Positions 60,599 to 64,000 of a stretch of DNA of 64,000 nucleotides are shown one piece after another. Location of the stretch: NCBI GenBank assembly GCA_000182565.2, contig KQ257457.1; one strand, written 5' to 3'. The stretch comes from Spizellomyces punctatus DAOM BR117. Its lineage: Eukaryota. Under the pieces are notes generated by a model. The model was not told where the DNA came from. It made no database searches and saw nothing but the letters and a program-made list of their open reading frames with translations. The first letter of the stretch is position 1. The number at the start of each line of letters is the position of its first letter. Position numbers and translations under genes: made by a program.

Positions 60599-62760
60599 AT
60601 GAGTGGTCTAAGTGAACGTGAAAAGAAAAAGCGTGACGAGCAGAATGTTAAAATCTTGCAAGAACTTTTGGCTTTGCCCGAGAATCAGGCGTGTGCTGAC
60701 TGTGGAGAAAGAGGTGAGGTTGGGGGGGAGGATGGATGAACGCGACATGAGCGTGTCGTACTGGAGCAAACGTTTTGAGATGGCAATGAAGCGACTAACG
60801 GAAGGTTTCGATGTAATGCAGGACCCCGCTGGGCGTCGTCCAACCTGGGAGTCTTTCTATGTACGTATGGCCAATCTTTGAGAACTGTGTAATGTCACAA
60901 CTTTCTGCTCACCGTACAACTGGTCGTTTTGTGCAGGCATCCGCTGTGGAGGATTGCATCGAAAACTGGGTACTCACATCTCCAAAATCAAATCGGTTAC
61001 CCTCGATTCATGGACTCCTGAGCAGATTCAGGTGGGTGCTGCATAATGTACCAGGAATGGCCCAAGTATCTGACACGGCTGCGTATTCAGGTCATGAGAG
61101 ACTGGGGAAATAAGAAAGCCAATGAAAGGTTTCTTGCTGGTGGAGGCCCGGTTGTACCATCCCACAGTGATTACGACATGGAAATGTACATTCGCAACAA
61201 GTACGAGAAAAGGACGTTTGAGAGTCCTGGCGGAGCGGTACGTAGCAAACAGTCAAGAGAAAGAACATAAAAACCGTCTCTCAAACTTCTACAACCTTTT
61301 CGTTACCAGGCTCGTATCCAAGATGCCAACCTCGCCAGAGATGCCACTGTCTATGCCGCCCAATTGCGTACCCTAGCTGGCATGGGATTCCACGACCAAG
61401 CCCGCAACATTGTGGCATTGAAGCGTTCGAATGGCAACATTGACTCTGCCGTCGAATTGATAGTGTCTCTGCAGAGAGGAGACGGGGGACAGAGCAGTGC
61501 AGCTGGCGGATCTAAGAATGCAAGCAGGTCGGGTACGCCGGGACCGTCGTCAGTACGTGACACCGTTCACAACCAGGCGAGAAACGCCGTTCAAGCCGCT
61601 CTTATATCTCTTCAAGCCATGGGCTTCAACAATGAGGAAGAGAACCTTCAAGCCCTCAGAGCTACCAATGGACAGTTGGATGCTGCCGCCAACATGCTAC
61701 TAGATGCAAGGAACAGGAGAATGTCACAACAGATAAGTGCAAGCGCTCAGCCGCCGGCCCTTCCACCCAGAAACGAATCTATAGCCGCCAATCCCAACTT
61801 TGTGCTTGAACCGCCCACATCTGCGAACCGAGGAAACAGGGTACAAAGACAACAGGTAGCTGGGCAACAACAACAGCAACAACCTTCACAGCCATCCCAA
61901 TCTCAAAATGATCCATTCGGAGGGTTTGGAGGCGATTTGTTCAGTGCTCCCCAACAGCAAGTCGCTCCACAGCAACAACAGCAACTGCAGCAACCTTCCA
62001 ACCCTCTAACCGACCTCTTTGGCGCCCCAGAACCCTTTCAACAGCCACAAGCTCCCCAAGCCCAAGCCCAAGCACCATCCCGAGCTGCTCCTGCAAAAGA
62101 ATCGATCATGTCCCTCTTTAATACTCCCAACCCTCATCAACCTGCTCTGGGCTTCCAAAACCCAAATATGGGAATGCAATACTTCAACCAGGCGGGTGGT
62201 GGCGGTTTCCCCCAACATCAACAACAAATGTTCCCTCAGCACCAGCAGCAAATGTTTGGCCACCAACAGTTCCAGCCTCAAATGATGGGCATGCAAAATT
62301 TGGGAATGGGAGGCATGCAAAGGCCGGGAATGAATGGGATGCCGCAGCAGGCATATTCCAATGTGAACAACCCGTTTTCTGCATCTCAGCAGCAGCTGCC
62401 ACAACAGCAACAGCAGCCGACATATGTGTACGGATCCAGGCCGAGTAATGTAAGTCTATATCTGCTTCGTTATGTACTTCTTCTGAGGCTATTATTAACG
62501 TATGCATATTCATATAGCCTTTCGGAGCTACTCAACCGGGTATGTTCACCACCTCGGCTGCCACCGTGCCACGGGCGCTCGACGTAGGTCTAGGTTCGGG
62601 AGGATTTGGTGGCTTCCAGCAGGCTCCGGACCAACAAGCTCAGGTTGCATCTAAACCGGATCCGTTCGCGGATTTGGGTCCCTCCTTTGGTGGGGCTGCG
62701 AGACCTCAGCAGCAGCAACAGCAGCAGCGACAGGTTTCTCAGCAGAACATGCTCTTTTAA
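60599..62760 (+). CDS. ArfGAP with two UBA domains and Q/P-rich tail (Gts1/SMAP-like), multi-exon
   Basis: [53 protein letters not shown]; two L..MGF UBA motifs; NPF/DPF motifs. Confidence 0.9.
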
Positions 62761-63097
62761 AGAAAGGATATAAACAAGGTTGGGTTGGTGTGTGGGTCAA
62801 TTGTTTTTCATGGAATTATACAGTTCGGGTTGATACAGGAATAATGTGCGACTCCGTAGCCCGTTTGTAAGCGTCCGATAAAACATATATTTGTCATTGT
62901 GAATGCGTATAAACGTGCCCTGGCCATGTTAAGTTGCAGCCAAGCAACCATTGTATATCGAATGTCCCCAACCCACCAATCCCATTCCAGCAACCTGCCA
63001 AAGCGAAAGGACTACTTCCTAGCTACTTGCACATCGATTAGTATAATAAAATGCACCCAACCCTCTAAAAAATTGTCCCAAAATACATATGACAGTT

Positions 63098-64000
63098 TCA
63101 CTTCTTTCGTGTCAAAACTGCTTCCGTTAGTTGTATCAAGGCCGTCTGAGCGTTGCTAGGTGGTAGCGCTGAGATTGCCTCAATCGCTTGTTGACAGTAC
63201 GACTCGGCCAATGCTCGTGTTCGGGAAAGGCCATCGCTTTGCAACACCAAAGATAATGCCTGTGCAACAGCGCACAACAAATTAGCTCAGGTTCAGGACG
63301 ATCTGACAGAAACGGACTCTCATACCTTTTCAACGTCCCCCTCGTTTCCAAAATTACGCTCAATCAAGGGATGAAGGTCTTCAAACTGTTCTGCAGCGTA
63401 CAAGACTGGTGCTGTTGCTAGGCCCAATTTGAGATCCGCATTGACTGGCTTGCCAAATTCGTCCGCTGATACCGTAAAATCGAGCATGTCATCGACCAAT
63501 TGAAACGCAAGTCCCAGATTCTTTCCATAACTGTATGCTGCATCGACGATCTCCGGTCGGCAGCCCCCTAATACCGCCGCAGCTTGACAACTTTTTGCAA
63601 TCAAACTCGCCGTCTTCAAGTAAGTCTTTTCGATATAGTATTGAAACTTTCCGTTAAGTGTATCATTGTCGGACGCCTTCAACATGCCTTTTGCGTGATA
63701 CAACCAGCCCTTCTCCTCATTCAAAGCAGAGTTCCGCAATTGCATGAATTCGCCCTCAACCAAATTTGAAATCACAGTTGCCAAGAGCTCCACCACCTCG
63801 ACATTTCGTAAACGTGCCAATGCTACAGATGCTCGTGCTAGTAAAAAGTCCCCAGCTAAAATAGCCATTTTATTTCCGAATTCCGCATTCGCAGAGGATT
63901 GTGCTCTTCGTGTCATGGCCAGATCAATGACGTCGTCATGTAGGAGGGACGCGGTATGTATCATCTCAGTGATCTCTGCAAGGCGCCTTTGTGTGGGAAG
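63098..64000 (-). CDS. COQ1: Polyprenyl (ubiquinone side-chain) diphosphate synthase, 5' end outside the window
   Basis: EMIHTASLLHDDVID (first Asp-rich motif), AILAGDFLL, KTASL, FQLVDDMLD (second motif), DLKLGLATAP, VLTRKK*. Confidence 0.93.

Noticed and set aside
61860-62730. CAG/CAA repeats
   Set aside because: They encode Gln-rich low-complexity stretches of the ArfGAP tail and are not an independent element.
10166-64000. Apparent clustering of mitochondrial genes (NDUFB7, OPA3, ECHS1, COQ10, PPR, PTH2, PRELI, COQ1)
   Set aside because: They are interspersed with unrelated genes over 50 kb; no evidence of more than chance.

Overview
Gene-dense eukaryotic DNA with many short (~55-110 nt) GT-AG introns. 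The gene set (fused TRP5, GPI-anchored GH16, spherulin-4 family protein, animal-like HPRT and ACE) points to an early-diverging, chytrid-like fungus; this taxonomy is an inference. I can support about 30 protein-coding genes, mostly housekeeping (GPI12, EFR3-like, NDUFB7, OPA3, ECHS1, COQ10, MetRS, TRP5, GCP3, PTH2, RPA3, CWF19L1, PRELI, GGT, HPRT, ArfGAP-UBA, partial COQ1). There is also one tRNA-Arg(ACG) and a 100-N assembly gap. Multi-exon genes are given as start-to-stop spans that I spliced by eye. The most unusual feature lies in the 3.6-kb gene-free block at 2280-5890. It holds a repeated ~310-bp unit: three near-complete copies (one inverted) plus fragments. Each unit has a conserved upstream spacer, a tRNA-derived head with A/B boxes, a multi-hairpin body whose stems are kept while loops vary, and an oligo-T end. 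It looks like an undescribed Pol III structured-RNA family or SINE-like array. Other notable items: a secreted single-domain ACE (peptidase M2), a C2-C2-C1-RasGAP-4xLIM fusion, paired Gcn4/CpcA-type sites in two bidirectional promoters, and a candidate unannotated structured transcript at 51.3-51.9 kb.
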